From the NCBI GenBank assembly GCA_951406725.2, contig OX597825.1, positions 29,698,001-29,762,000 on the forward strand: 64,000 nucleotides of DNA, read 5' to 3'. Of this stretch, positions 1 to 14,428 are shown in pieces. The notes under the pieces are model-generated. The model ran no database searches. It was not told the DNA's origin and was given only the letters and a program-made list of their open reading frames with translations. Position 1 is the stretch's first letter, and the number at the start of each line of letters is the position of its first letter. The position numbers and the translations under genes are program-made. The DNA comes from Octopus vulgaris. Taxonomy: Eukaryota.

Positions 1-300
1 CTTTTATCGATTCCAAGAAGGGATGACAGTTGTCAAATGCAAGCAGAATTTGAATTCAGAATAAATGGGGACGCAAGTAAATATTACTTTCTTACACAGT
101 TACAAGGTCTCAGATTTTGGAGGGCAAAACATTTGAGAGTATTGAACCCTCAAAATTTAACTGGTAACTTATTTTATTGACCTTGGAAGGATAAAAGGGG
201 ATGTTGATCACAGTGGGATTAGAACTCAGAATGTAAAGAACCAGAACAATCACTGCAATACATTTTGTGCCACACTCTGTTACTGCCCATTCTCCACTTT
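1..300 (-). mobile_element. Two tandem degraded copies of SINE family A
   Basis: Reverse-complement matches to the family A body (tttatcgac...aaggatga.ag...gaatttgaactcagaa), which is seen intact at 41273-42264. Confidence 0.6.
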
Positions 301-2217
301 AAAGTAATATTCAAGTACATACTACAAGAAAATTTAACCAAAATATTATGGTTTGGGCAAGCAAAGAGCTTTAAAAATCAACAATAAGAAGAACAATTTT
401 CTTCTAGTTTTTATTATCTTTGAAACAATAACAGAAAATATGAAATCTTTTCAAATGCTTCTGTGCACAGAATTCTTGATGTCTGTATAGCAGATAATTC
501 TGTTAGACAACATTTTTCTGATGGATTGTCTTTTTCTTCATGTATAAGTTACCTTTTACACTTCAGATGATGTACAAAATTTTCTCTTTGCCATAATATA
601 TTGTTCTTTGTTTTATATCCTCTATACACCCAAATAAATCATTCACAGCAAAGCATATCATATATGAACTAGATTCATTCATTATTAATTCTAAAATCAA
701 AGCAGGTTGTTGAATCAAAATACCTTTCTACAACAAATACTGTACAGAACTGCCCCTCCTCCTCTCTCTCTTTCACTTTCACTATGCTTTTTTTTTGCAT
801 ATTTATTTTACTGCTGTCGTAAGAACTGTTTGCCTTACCATCATATTTCACCTGTGCAGCTGCTCTTATTACTAAACATGTCACTGCTGTAATTACTATT
901 TCCATGTCTCTGATAGAATACCAGACTAGCCATAAAATGTTTTTATATTTTGTTTTGATCTTGTTTATACCTTCTGAGAACCATTATAGAAATTTCTATG
1001 ACCACGATGTATGCTAATAACAAAATGAAACCATTTTAATACTGACAGTTTTGAAATTTTAACTTATCAAAACAAATATTCTTCATTTAGTAGAATAGCT
1101 AAAATGTATAAAATACTGGAGGTGGAACTCACCAGTCACAAGTTCATATTAACTACAATAATATTATTATATTTTATTGAATAGGGGTATGTACATTAAT
1201 AAAATAATCCAATAAAATAATTATTTACTTTACAGATATATTAGAAAAGAATTTATCTTCATTGCTGTTATAACATCCATAATTCCATGTTAGTGTTTTG
1301 GGTAAATTAGCCTTATGGAATATTTATACACCACATAATCCAGCATCTGTATTATTTCTGTAATGGACAGCTAGTATCTCTTACTCAATATTTTCTCTTA
1401 GCACCTCTTCATATAATTTCCTTGGTCTTCTACAAGAGATATCTTCCACAACAGCAGAGTCAGAGAACTTTACCATCTATCATTTATCCATTATAAAATT
1501 TCATATTTACATTGATAAATATGTGTTTATATATATATTTAATATATTAATATGAATGTGTGTCATACACACACATAAATAAATACATACCTACATACAT
1601 ATGTACATACATACTTACATACGTATATTTATAAGGTATACCGCAATATATCATTGATAAAACAATTATTGGTTTTACAGATATAAAGTAGTTTGTCAAC
1701 ATTATATAACTGTTTTAGCATGCAAGTTTTCATGTTGACAAAGGTTGGGCAAGCTAGCAATATGTCAAACTGCTACAACCTTTTAGTTCTGTGTTACTTA
1801 TCTGTAAATACCAGCTAGCATCTGAGATATCTCAACATTTCTTTCCCATAACATATTTGGTTTTCTTCTATCATGGATAACCTCCACTGTCATTCAACCA
1901 TTCCCAGCTATGGTCCATGCAAATACAAATATCTTTTAAGTACATGTTAACAGAAGCTTTCAACACTGAGTTCTTCCTCAATTCCCTTGCATGTTCACCT
2001 AACATCAAAATATCTTATGTTCTTGAATATTCTTAATCATCCCAATTCATCAATTGTAAATTAGCTGAGTTGCCTTTAAGACAAGTGTAAATGAAAGTTG
2101 TGACATAACAGAATCATTAATAATGCAAATGATGTGAAATTACTCTAGATTCAGCTTCTCTACAGTAATCGCCAAATGGATTATACCTATCACACTTTAT
2201 TTTATCCCTCTTTTCAG

Positions 2218-2339
2218 GTAAACATCAACGACATGGGAAACAAGGACCAGAGTTGATGTCAACCCCAACTAATGTTTCAGTAACTAGGGGAGAGTTGGCT
2301 GTTTTGAAGTGCACTGTTAAAAATTTGGGAACCAAAACT
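2218..2339 (+). CDS. Internal coding exon of an immunoglobulin-superfamily gene (Dpr/zig-8/lachesin-like), N-terminal half of an Ig domain
   Basis: Polypyrimidine acceptor (tttatccctcttttcag, ending 2217) and a perfect gtaagt donor (2340-2345). The exon is 122 nt, phase 1 to phase 0, and open: xKHQRHGKQGPELMSTPTNVSVTRGELAVLKCTVKNLGTKT. This matches the P-x-F/L...NV-x-V..G..A.L.C.V.NLG.KT pattern preceding the VxW strand in Dpr/zig-8-type Ig domains. It is too short to appear in the ORF track. Confidence 0.88.
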
Positions 2340-3109
2340 GTAAGTCCAAAATTACTTTGATTTCTTTCACATTTTGCTTTCAGCTTTTTCTGATACCAAA
2401 TTTAATCTGTTATACTTTTGGTCATTTCTCACATCAATGTAACCATAAAATGTTCGCTGATCAATTCTAATATTAATAGAAATTAACACCAATTTGTGTC
2501 TGATGCAGTTCTTTCTTCTCTTAACGCCATTGACTATTTATCAGTAGTGGTTCCAGCAGTATCACCACCACTCTCTTTACATCTAATGCATAATGTATCC
2601 CATATTCATCTGAAGACTAAATAGTAGTTAGTAGCAATGAGAATTATTTGTTAAGAGCTGGATTATGTAAGATTTAGAAATTTATATCAGGACTTGATTG
2701 TTTCTGATTCCAGATCAGGAAGGATATTAGAGTGTTTGTTTGCAAGAAATATATTAAAGATACCATCATTCTCAATTTACCTTTTAACCTATGAGATAAG
2801 TATATTACTAATCTTCATATAGAATTTGACTGCCAAGACAGGAATACTTTTAAGAGTAAATCTGAAAAGTTACTCAGACTCTTTGTTTTAGTATTATCTA
2901 TTTGTTTATTAAATAGCGAATATAAAATTTAAAATATTAAAATCAACAACAGCTGGAGAGAGTGACAAACCAATGTTGTTTTATATTTCATTAATATTTT
3001 AATCTGTTCAGTTATTTGTAAAACTAAAAATGGAGGATTATAGAAATAAAATAGCTCTATCTATGCTGAACAATATATATGTGTATGTGTGTATATATAT
3101 ATATATATA

Positions 3110-3412
3110 TCACATGATCACATGACCGACCAGACCATCAGATGTTGCTACACATCGCTGGTCACAATGCGTTTGCATTGTTTTAGCCTTCGAATGACGC
3201 CACCCCACTGGCTAAGTGAGCAGGCCAACAGAAGAAAGTGGGAGAAAGAGTGGTGAAAGAGTACAGCAGGGATCACCAACCCCTGCCGGAGCCTCGTGGA
3301 GCTTTTTAGGTGTTTTTGCTCAATAAACACACACAACGCCCAGTCTGGGAATCGAAACCACGATCCTCCGACTGCGAGTCCGCTGCCCTAACCACTGGGC
3401 TATTGCACCTCC
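3110..3412 (-). mobile_element. tRNA-derived SINE, near full length
   Basis: The minus strand begins ggaggtgcaatagcccagtggttagggcagcggactcgcagtcggaggatcgtggtttcgattccc, with A-box-like TAGCCCAGTGG and B-box-like GTTTCGATTCC. A GC-rich body follows, flanked by TA/CA microsatellites. Confidence 0.75.
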
Positions 3413-4558
3413 ACACACACACACACATATATATATAGAGAGAGAGAGGATTAGTACTGATCTCATATGTTATATAGCAGATACAAGATCCCTATGTTAC
3501 ATAGCAGGTACAACGCATCACTGATATATTCACATCTTGCTTACAAGGCACATATCTACTGTACCATCCTGTGACAAAATCATAGGGGTACCACATATAA
3601 CACATTTATGGTACTATTGACTGCAGCTTCATGTGTCATGCCACAAGGCTAAGTTCAATATTATACCTATACGTAAAATACAAAGACTGCTACTACTACA
3701 GTACCTGTATATTAAAGTACCTTATATTTATATCACTACAGTACCTATACGTAAGCTATTAGGTACTAGTTATCGCTATTACCACTCACATGTAACCTAT
3801 TATTTATCACATGTCTCTAGTGCGCCTACATTCTTTCTATTGATGCAACAACTTAAATACTCTATACTAACTGCCTGTATAAACGCCACAACTAAGTCCC
3901 ACTAATCATATCTAACTCCCTTTTATCAAACCATATCAACTCTATCAACTGTAAAATAATAACTGGAAGGGCATTAGTGGAGAAGGCATAAACATGCAAA
4001 TTGTCTTAGATCTTACAATTGATCAGATGACTTTAATGTGTTGAATTAACTCAGAATTTCATTCCACACACTCACACACTCACACATACACATGCTAACT
4101 CCACTCTAAAACCTTCCAATCATTCCTCATTATAGTAGACTCCCAGAATGAAATCTTGATTTTACTTAAACATAACATACACGCAACTTTGTATTGCTAT
4201 TATGTCTAAACATGACACACTGAGCTACTTGCTATCAGTACAGAAAGCAACAGTTAATGTACAGGTTTCTTCATATCATTGCTTTACTTACTTGCAGTCT
4301 GTCTGTCAGCCTGCCTGCCTGCCTGTCCGTCTGTTGCCCATCTGCCTGTCTATCAATTTGTATATATATATATCATCATCATCATTGTTTAACATCCGTT
4401 TTCCATGCTATCATGGGTTGGATGGTTCGACCGGGGTCTGGGAAGCCAGGAGGCTGCACCAGGCACCAGTCTATATATATATATATAATAATATTATGGA
4501 ATATTATTCCAAGCTTACAGGGAAAAATATTTAGAAATACTTAATCAAATTTCACAAA

Positions 4559-4639
<81 letters not shown>

Positions 4640-5416
4640 ATATATATATATAAATTAGAAAATTTATAATTTAACTTTTACATTGTTGAATTGATAAAAG
4701 GTGTTTTTTCTAATTTATATATATATATATATATATAAATTATTCCAAGACACATCTCGGAGATGTTCTGAGATGCAATATACAGTGATGTTTCTGGGAT
4801 CTTCTCAGATCTTTCCAGCATCAGACCCTCCCTTCTACCCGGTTGATCCAATCAGGATTGATTAAGCCCCAGCTTGCTTTCCAGTAGCAACAAATCACCA
4901 GTCCACCCACTAACACCCCCTTTATTCAAACCCACCACCAGCCATCTATGTTGCTTCAGTGATGGAATAATATATACCAAACCATTTGATATCCCTACTA
5001 TATCTTCATGTAACATTAGCAAGCTTCTATGCGTCACTTTTATATTGACATGTAATATATATTTTCTCACTTTAATTCACAACTTGTGATATATCTCCAA
5101 TAAAGTTGATGCATTTACTTTTGATTTGCAACACTATCCAGATGTCATCACTCAACTTGACACAGAGCAGCACTCTCTTAATTCTCTTCCTCCACTTCAA
5201 ATGCAATGCTCAATATCTTCATTTAAATTACAAAGTTAAAATGATTATGTGATTAATTGTGTAGTGTGATGCTCGCATAAGTTTTGAATTTCAATCTACC
5301 ACAAGAATTTTGCCTCATGTTTGGTTGGATTGTAATTCTATTATTTGTTAATTTAACGAGAAATTAGGATCTTCTGAGAATATCAATGGTAAACTTGTAT
5401 CATGTCCAAGATAATG

Positions 5417-5467
<51 letters not shown>

Positions 5468-6139
5468 AGGTGGGAGTGAGGTTTGGCTCTCAACTACTTA
5501 GCATTATGACATTGAGATTACATGTGGGTTGTTAAGGGCCCCATCAGACGATTTCAGAGTTGCACTTTTTAATTACATGTGAGAGAAAAGTAAAAGACAT
5601 AAATAAAATTGTCAACCTGTTTCTTTATTCATCTGTTCCCTGAATAGGGTCCATGCAGAACAGTGAGAATTGAAACAATAACCTATCTCTTCATACAATA
5701 CGTTCTTGCAGATTTCTGCATAAATACCTGATCACTGTTGTTTTACATCATCAAAGGATATCTCCTCCTTTTAGGCAATGTGTGTTTCGTGTGTTTTATG
5801 AACACACGTTGTCTAAATAGAGTGATGTGTTCTTGACATTGCGTTTTAAGAACACCAAGTCAGTATTCTTGAAACATTATGTCGAGATGTTATTTTATAT
5901 TTTTAATATGGACTTCTTTTAACTTGAAGAGTTACCTTGATATCAGCATTAATTTAAAGATAGTTCATATATTAATGTAGTGATGTAAAAAATGTATTAT
6001 TTATTATAAAATATAATAAAATAAATTATCTATACAAGTTTATTAAGCTATGAAACAATTGTTGTTAAATAAGAATTTCTCAAGTTAAAATAAATTTTAT
6101 CATAGTATATTTCCCTTGTTATTTATAATTAAATCTGCA

Positions 6140-6478
6140 TCGCCTTACTGGCACTTGTGCTGATGGCACATGAAAAAACATTCGAGCGAGGTCATTGCCA
6201 GTGCTGCTGGACTGGCTCCTGTGCAGGTGGCACATAAAAAGACACCATTTGAGTGTGGCCGTTGCCAGTACTGTCTGACTGGCCCTCGTGCCGGTGGTAT
6301 GTAAAAGCACCCACTACACTCTCAGGATGGTTGGCGTTAGGAAGGGCATCCAGCTGTAGAAACTCTGCCAGATCAGACTGGAGTCTGGTGCAGCCATCTT
6401 GTTCGCCAGACCTCAGTCAAATCGTCCAACCCATGCTAGCATGGAAAGCGGACGTTAAACAATGATGATAATGATGAT
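6140..6478 (+). mobile_element. Interspersed retroposon family C (internal ~65-bp repeats, (GAT)n tail)
   Basis: Shares ggttggcgttaggaagggcatccagctgtagaaac...catggaaagcggacgttaaac(gat)n with copies at 11480-11960, 47088-47550 and 55260-55510. Confidence 0.75.
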
Positions 6479-6483
6479 ATATA

Positions 6484-6638
6484 TGATGGGCTTCTTTCAG
6501 TTTTCCTCTAGCAAATCCACTCACAAGGCTTTGGTCTGCCCAGGGCTATAGTAAAAGTCACTTACCCAAGGTGCTACACAATGTGACTGAATCTAGAACC
6601 ACGTGGTTGGGAAGCAAACGACTTACTACACAGTCATG
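6484..6638 (-). mobile_element. SINE family B, 5' part
   Basis: Reverse complement of the family B head seen at 56905-57045. Confidence 0.65.
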
Positions 6639-7696
6639 TGTTTTCCTATCAGAACAAATACTACAAGACATTATATCTGATACTCTAATGACACTGCTTT
6701 AGAGGCATTTATGCTTACCTGTATAGATGCTTCTAATGAATGCCCACCTTCACCAACAAATTTCATGCCAACACTCAAATTTAATGTATCTGTTCAACCA
6801 TACAAATAAATTTTACATTCTCATACACAACAGATCATCCTGTAATTTATCATTAATAATCACAGAGGCTGACAAGTAAATGTTAAATAGAGAAATATAT
6901 AAATATGACAATAATCAAACGAATTTTCCCTGTTCTTTGAAGGTGACAAATATTAAATGAACAATCCAATAGATTTCTACAAGTATTCCAACATAATATT
7001 TCTAATGTATCATTTGATAAACTGCCTCTGGTGATTGGGCAAATCATGTGATTGTCGCATTCAATGAATTTCCATTCTATGTTTGTTTGCTTTCTTGCTG
7101 TATCTTATCTTGGCAAATCACTGTATACATCGGTGTGTATGTATTTATAACTATCCATGCCATTGTACATACATTTCAGAAACATTCAAATGGGGGGTTT
7201 GTGTGTGAGGGTGTGGTCCAGTTCAATGTAGATATACACAACAGGTATACACACACACACACATATCTATATATATAGATCAATTGATAGACAGACATGT
7301 GGATGTACATATGTATATATGTATATATATATTCATATGAGTGTGTGTAAAACCATTAGTAATATATATCATTATTTGTGTTATATATATATATAAATAT
7401 GTATATATATATACATACATATATACACATAGACACATACATAGATATATATAAATATATATATATATATGTGTGTATATATATATATATATATAACTAT
7501 ATATATATGTATATATATATACACACATATACATATATAGATATATACATATATGAATGTATTAACACACAGAATTCACAGAAGGAAAGAAGTCTTTGTC
7601 ATCAAAATTGATCAGAATTGGACATTTTATTCACTGTAATTAATGGCATTATCAAGATTCTTTAGTAAACAACAGAATGTATAGATATACATGCGT

Positions 7697-7740
<44 letters not shown>

Positions 7741-8174
7741 ATGGCACACAAGTCTGTATGTTGTATGTGTGTGTGTATATACATATATAGGCATAGACAC
7801 ACACATATACTTATATTCATCTATCTGTGTGTATTTGCGTGTGTATATGTATATATGTAATTATGTATGCATACATATATGTACTTATGCATGTATGTAT
7901 GTATGCATGTATACACGTATGTATGTGTGTGTATAAAGAAACAAGAGAAAAACATAGAATATAACAACCTTCGATTTCATTCTTTCCTTAATAACAAATA
8001 AACAAAAACCCTGTTTTTTTTTCATGTTCTTTTTTTCTTTTTATTACATGTCTATTGTTTCTCTGTTGACTACTCTCTTAATATCTTCTTCTCTCTTGTT
8101 CGCTGTCTCTCTCATATACATCATATACACACACACATATGCACACATGTCCATGTTTATGTGTATGCATATAG

Positions 8175-8271
8175 ATGAAATATACATGTAAATATATGTG
8201 TGTGTCTATGTACATGTCTATATACATATTTATACATGTGGATGTATCGACTCACACAAATATACACTATC

Positions 8272-8370
<99 letters not shown>

Positions 8371-8397
8371 GTATATATATATGTATATATATATGTA

Positions 8398-8443
<46 letters not shown>

Positions 8444-8476
8444 ATATGTATATATATATATGTATATATATATGTA

Positions 8477-8520
<44 letters not shown>

Positions 8521-8700
8521 TTATATATTATATATATATTTATATATATGTATGTATGTATATATATATATGTACATTTATATATACATATTCATATACA
8601 TGTAGATATGTAGATACATACAGAAACACACGCAAGCACACAAGCACACACAAGCACACAGAAGTGCACACCAGCACACACATACATACACGCACTTATA
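8175..8700. repeat. Long imperfect (TA)n/(TATG)n microsatellite, representative of dozens in the window
   Basis: Direct reading. Similar tracts lie at about 7250-7560, 12360-13060, 13800-14050, 17380-18080, 19520-19760, 29350-29900, 34360-34720, 35840-36380 and 55510-55720. Confidence 0.95.
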
Positions 8701-8977
8701 TTAATGCTTTTTGGGATTATTCATGCATTGCGTGAAGACAGAACAAACTCAAGAATTCAATTAGCGTCCAAGAACCTATGGCATTAACTCAACATTGTTA
8801 TGTATACTGTACCTATCTTAGAACCATCTAGCAAGTATGGTGGAGCTAAGACTTTAAAGATTAGTGCTGGATATAAAATGGTTATTGCTGTATGTGGTTT
8901 CACACTTTTCTATCCTAAGATCAAATTCAGTAAAAGTCAACCATTTTAATATAATATTTTGCTTTAATATGTCTGGT

Positions 8978-10140
8978 TCTGTTGTGTCTGGGGAGAGTCA
9001 TTTTCTTTTTTGTGCCTTATAATGTAAGACACTCACCAGTAAAATTTCCACTTATTTCTTATTTTTATTTTCTTAAAGACTATTGAAAATGTTGCAGGAC
9101 GCAACAAAAATTTAAGGAAAATAAAAATAAGAAATAAGTGGAAATTTTACCTGTGAGTGTGTTACATTATAAGGCACAAAAAGAAAATGACTCTCCTCAG
9201 ACATAACAGAGTATGCTTCAGCACACGAACTCATATAAAGAATCTTGCAAATTTGCACTTATTTCTTATTCTAATTTTCCTAAAGACTATTTTTCTTAAG
9301 ATTATTGAAAAGGTTGCAAGACGCAACAAAAATTTAAGGAAAATAAAAATAAGAAATAAGTGGGAATTTTACCAGTGAGTGTGTTAAATTATAAGGCACA
9401 AAAAGAAAATGACTCTCCTCAGACATAACAGAATATGCTTCAATACACGAACTCATATAAAGAATCTTGCAAATTTGCACTTATTTCTTATTCTAATTTT
9501 CCTAAAGACTATTTTTCTAAAGACTATTGAAAATGTTGCAAGACGCAACAAAAATTTAAGGAAAATAAAAATAAGAAATAAGTGGGAATTTTACCAGTGA
9601 GTGTGTTAAATTATAAGGCACAAAAAGAAAATGACTCTCCTCAGACATAACAGAATATGTTTCAGCACACAAACTCATATAAAGAATCTTGCAAATTTGC
9701 ACTTATTTCTTATTCTAATTTTCCTAAAGACTATTTTTCTAAAGACTATTAAAAGGTTGCAAGACGCAACGAAAATTTAAGGAAAATAAAAATAAGAAAT
9801 AAGTGGAAATTTTACCGGTGAGTGTGTTACATTATAAGGCACAAAAAGAAAATGACTCTCCCCAGACACAACAGAATATGCTTCAACACACGAACTCATA
9901 TAAAGAATCTTGCAAATTTGCACTTATTTCTTATTCTAATTTTCCTAAAGACTATTTTTCTTAAGATTATTGAAAAGGTTGCAAGACGCAACGAAAATTT
10001 AAGGAAAATAAAAATAAGAAATAAGTGGAAATTTTACCAGTGAGTGTGTTACATTATAAGGCACAAAAAGAAAATGACTCTCCCCAGACACAACAGAATA
10101 TGTTTCAACACACGAATTCATATAAAGAATCTTGCAAACC
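8978..10140. repeat. ~222-bp tandem array (about 5 copies) grown from one arm of an inverted-repeat element
   Basis: The motif gacgcaac(a/g)aaaatttaaggaaaataaaaataagaaataagtgg recurs at about 9098, 9320, 9541, 9762 and 9983. Segment 8978-9077 is the reverse complement of 9111-9210. Confidence 0.9.
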
Positions 10141-10614
10141 AAATCCCAAAACGAAATATGTCTAGTTTTATTTTAACTTATGGGTGCAGCTATAACTATG
10201 TAGTTAAGGATGATGTTTGATCCCTAACTCCATGGCTTCAGATTGAGTTTAATGGCATGGCAGCTTTGGGCAAGTGTCTTCTGCTAAAACCCCATTCCTT
10301 CTGAGTGGATTTGCTGGCTAGAAACTGAAAGAAGCTGTCACTATTCCTAGTATCTGTCGTGTAGAAATACTTAAATAAGACAGTAAGGACTCTTGAGCAT
10401 TCAAGCAATGTCTCCTCCTTATGTAGACTCAACAATAATAAAACTCTCAGCTTTGTACCTTTTGTCTATGAGGCTGGATATTTCTGTTACAGTCATCTCT
10501 TTACTGAACAAAGACTATGTCATTTTTAAATGACAGGAAAGAAAGTAAATGTCTTGATTATACCACGTTGATTTATCTGTCTGCCTATCAGCCTATTTAT
10601 ATATCCACCTCTTT

Positions 10615-10670
<56 letters not shown>

Positions 10671-10879
10671 CATATATATCTGTGTGTGTATTTGTATTTA
10701 TGCATGCATACACACAAACACACACACACATATGAATATGCATATATATATATATATATGTACATATATATATTTATATATACACACTCACACACACAGA
10801 GGTGTGTATGATTGTGTATAGAAGAATATATTACTTAAAGAAATTCCAGCTTTGATTTTCCCGTTTTATTTACAAACTT

Positions 10880-10960
10880 ATAATAATATAATATAATATA
10901 ATATATAATATAATATATAATATAATATAATATGATATAATATGATATAATATAATGAAA
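10880..10960. repeat. (TATAA)n pentanucleotide microsatellite
   Basis: Direct reading. Confidence 0.9.
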
Positions 10961-11019
10961 TGATAGAATATTATATGTCCATGCTGATTGTACTTAGTAC
11001 TTTCATGTATTAAACTGGC

Positions 11020-11466
11020 TTAAAATTTAGACCTATTATAGCTTGCCCAGCATGCCCTACCCATCGTCTAAGTAATTTTATTGACATTATTTTGAAGCCA
11101 CTGTGTACCTACATAGACAGCTTCATCCGGGATGACATTGACATCCTGTCCCTTCTTCCCAAAATAACTGAAACAAATTCACTTCTACTAAGTTTTGATG
11201 AGGTAAGCCTTTACACCAATATTCCCCATGATTTAGGAATAAAGGCAATTAAATACTGGATAGAAAAATATAGAGACGTGATCCCCAACAGATTCACAGT
11301 GCCATTTATATTAAACACAGTCAGACTTATTCTGGAAAACAACACCTTCTTCTCTAGTGTAAAGAATTACATCTAAATAAAAGGAATGGCAATGGGAACG
11401 AAGTTTGCTCCCGTTTACACGAATTCTGTAATGGAATATTTAGATCAACAACTCTACCAAGAATCA
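11020..11466 (+). pseudogene. Penelope-like retroelement reverse transcriptase fragment with an in-frame stop
   Basis: One frame reads LKFRPIIACPACPTHRLSNFIDIILKPL...SFDEVSLYTNIPHDLG...LENNTF...YI*IKGMAMGTKFAPVYTN. The RPII, D-x-x-SLYTNIP and G-x-AMG-x-x-x-AP motifs are typical of PLE RTs. The fragment ends before the YxDD motif, where a family C element begins. Confidence 0.85.
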
Positions 11467-11479
11467 AAATCGCTGATGA

Positions 11480-11960
11480 TGCCAATGACAGTACCACCTG
11501 ATTTGCACTCGTGCCAGTGGAACGTTAAAGCACCATCTGAGTGTGACTGTTGCCAGGGCTGCTATTGGCTCTTGTGCTGGTGGCATGTAAAAAGCACCAT
11601 TCGAGAGTGATCGTTGCCAGCGTCACCTAACTGGGAAATGTGCCAGTGGCACATGGTAAAACAACATTCGAACTTGGTTGTTGCCAGTACTGCCGGACTG
11701 GCCCCTGTGCAGGTAGCACGTAAAAAAGACCTTTTGAGCGTGGTCGTTGCCAGAACCGCCTGACTGGCCCTTGTGCCGGTGGCACGTAAAAGCACCTAGT
11801 ACACTCTCAGAGTGGTTGGCGTTAGGAGGGGCATCCAGCTGTAGAAACTTTGCCAGATCAGATTGGAGCCTGGTGCAGCCTTCTAGCTCTCCAGTCCTTA
11901 GTCAAACCGTCCAACCCATGCCAGCGTGGAAAGCGGACGTTAAACGATGATGATGATGAT
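11480..11960 (+). mobile_element. Interspersed retroposon family C
   Basis: Same 3' body and (GAT)n tail as 6140-6478, with five internal ~65-bp units. Confidence 0.75.
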
Positions 11961-12111
11961 GGTGGTTATATATATATATATATGTATATTAGTCAAAGAT
12001 CAAAGGACTCAAAATTCAAACGGGCGCCCAATACAATTTATACAGTTAACTGTTGAATGATATACAAAAGGTGCACATATTCTGTGGCGAGTAAGCACTC
12101 ACCATTTGTGT

Positions 12112-12170
<59 letters not shown>

Positions 12171-12429
12171 CACCATATTCATATATATAAAACGGGGATA
12201 GAGAAAGAGAAAAGTGACTACATTGTACTGGTAGACTAATATTGAATTATTTCTTATGTTTATGTCATCATGTTTAGGAACTTTTGACTTTTCAGCAAAA
12301 AAATATCAATTTAAATTTTTGCTTACTATAAATACTTTGCAGAATAAGGAACACACACGCACTTATATATATATATATATGTATGTATATGTACATACAC
12401 ACATATGTACACACATGTATAAATATATA

Positions 12430-12475
<46 letters not shown>

Positions 12476-12528
12476 CATATATATATATATATATATATGC
12501 ATATATACATATATACATATATATATAA

Positions 12529-12602
<74 letters not shown>

Positions 12603-12843
12603 GTATGTTGTAAATTTTTACATTTCTAGAAATTGAATCAATATTTATCTGTTTCTCAAATTAAACATACTAGAATTTTTTTAAATCCCCAAAATAAAAA
12701 AAAAACATTTTCGTTCAGATTCAGTGATATTTTAACATTTTAGCTTTTAGCAGTATATTTACTTGATGGTACATGTATTGTGTATGTATTTCTATGATTT
12801 TTGCATATCCGTATGCATACGCACACACACACATAGATATGTA

Positions 12844-12875
<32 letters not shown>

Positions 12876-12982
12876 CATACAAATACATGTATATATATGT
12901 TTGTGTGTGTGTTTATGTATGTGTGTATATATGTAGCTATATCTATATACACACACACATATATATACATATATACATATAT

Positions 12983-13013
<31 letters not shown>

Positions 13014-13480
13014 CACACACATATATGTGTGTGTGTATGTATGTGTGTATATATACACAGGAGCATGTATCATTTCAGTGTTTTTTCATCATATAGATCA
13101 ATAACATTCTCCTGTTGCTTTTAGAAACCTAATGATGTTAAAGAGATGAGAATTAATCTCACTTAATTTTTATTTTCATATCATCAACATCATCATCATC
13201 ATCATCACCATCATCATCATCGACGTCGTTGTTGTTGTTGATTTGGTTTTTATTCATACCTTAGAGTTACACAGGCAAATTTAAATACAGTGAGCTAACA
13301 TATAAAATCACAAAGTCGGCTTAAATACATTTTATATATATATATTTCATATTTTATTCCAGCTTCCATTAATGTTCTTTGCTTACATTCTTGCTATTAA
13401 TGCCAGATTAACATATATGCATAAATATATGAATATATCTATATATATATACATACATGTATAAGTATATATATATATAC

Positions 13481-13518
<38 letters not shown>

Positions 13519-13845
13519 TTTCATAGGTTATTCCGTGTTGTTCTGTTAAGTTTAAGAAAAAAATATCTTCGAAATCTTCCACTATTGTATTGCTTCAAGT
13601 TTAACACGTAAGCAAAAGAACGATGTGTGATTGTAAGAAGATTTTGTAATGGAAAAGTTCACAGTTAAACTTCCTTGCCAGTAGCCTAATGACACATCCA
13701 GTCAGATGAGAAAAGCAACCAGCCGGTACTTGTCAATGTAATGAGTGGACATACAATAAATGCTTAACTTGTCAACTAGTTTCTAACAACGGACTAATGC
13801 TACATATACAAATATATGAACGTAAATACATACATATATACATAC

Positions 13846-13879
<34 letters not shown>

Positions 13880-13969
13880 ATATATATGTATATATATGTA
13901 TGTATATATATATATATGTGTGTGTACATATATATACATATATACATATCTACACACACATATACATAC

Positions 13970-14046
<77 letters not shown>

Positions 14047-14261
14047 CATTAATCATTCCCATCCCAGATGAATGTCTTCAAATACGATTTGACCATTTCT
14101 TTATTTTAGGCAAACGTGCACTCACTCACGTACCTCCCACACTAACCATGCTTGCAAACGTATACTTGATCAGCAAGCATACACTTGCAGATGTTTTACA
14201 ATCCCAAGCACATCTAATCTCTATTCTCTGTCATTGCATCATCAATATTATGATTGGTTTG

Positions 14262-14373
14262 AAGGCGCAAGCTGGCAGAAACATTAGCTCGCTGGGCGAA
14301 ATACTTAACAGTATTTCGTTTGTTTTAGTCTGAGTTCAGATTCCACTGAGATCAACTTTGCCTTTGGGGGCCG

Positions 14374-14380
<7 letters not shown>
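14262..14380 (+). mobile_element. SINE family A, 5' part
   Basis: aaggcgcaagctggcagaaacattagc...ctgagttcagattcc matches the head of the copy at 41273. Confidence 0.7.

Positions 14381-14424
<44 letters not shown>

Positions 14425-14428
<4 letters not shown>

Noticed and set aside
3335-3412. tRNA-like sequence on the minus strand
   Set aside because: The acceptor stem and anticodon loop are not canonical, and it continues into a SINE body.
4750-5200. Possible solo LTR (TATAAAA on the minus strand)
   Set aside because: No clear TG...CA ends, TSD or second copy.
9157-10043. Three near-identical small ORFs resembling a tandem peptide gene family or CRISPR-like array
   Set aside because: They are frames through the 222-bp satellite. 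One unit is frameshifted, and there are no unique spacers or cas genes.
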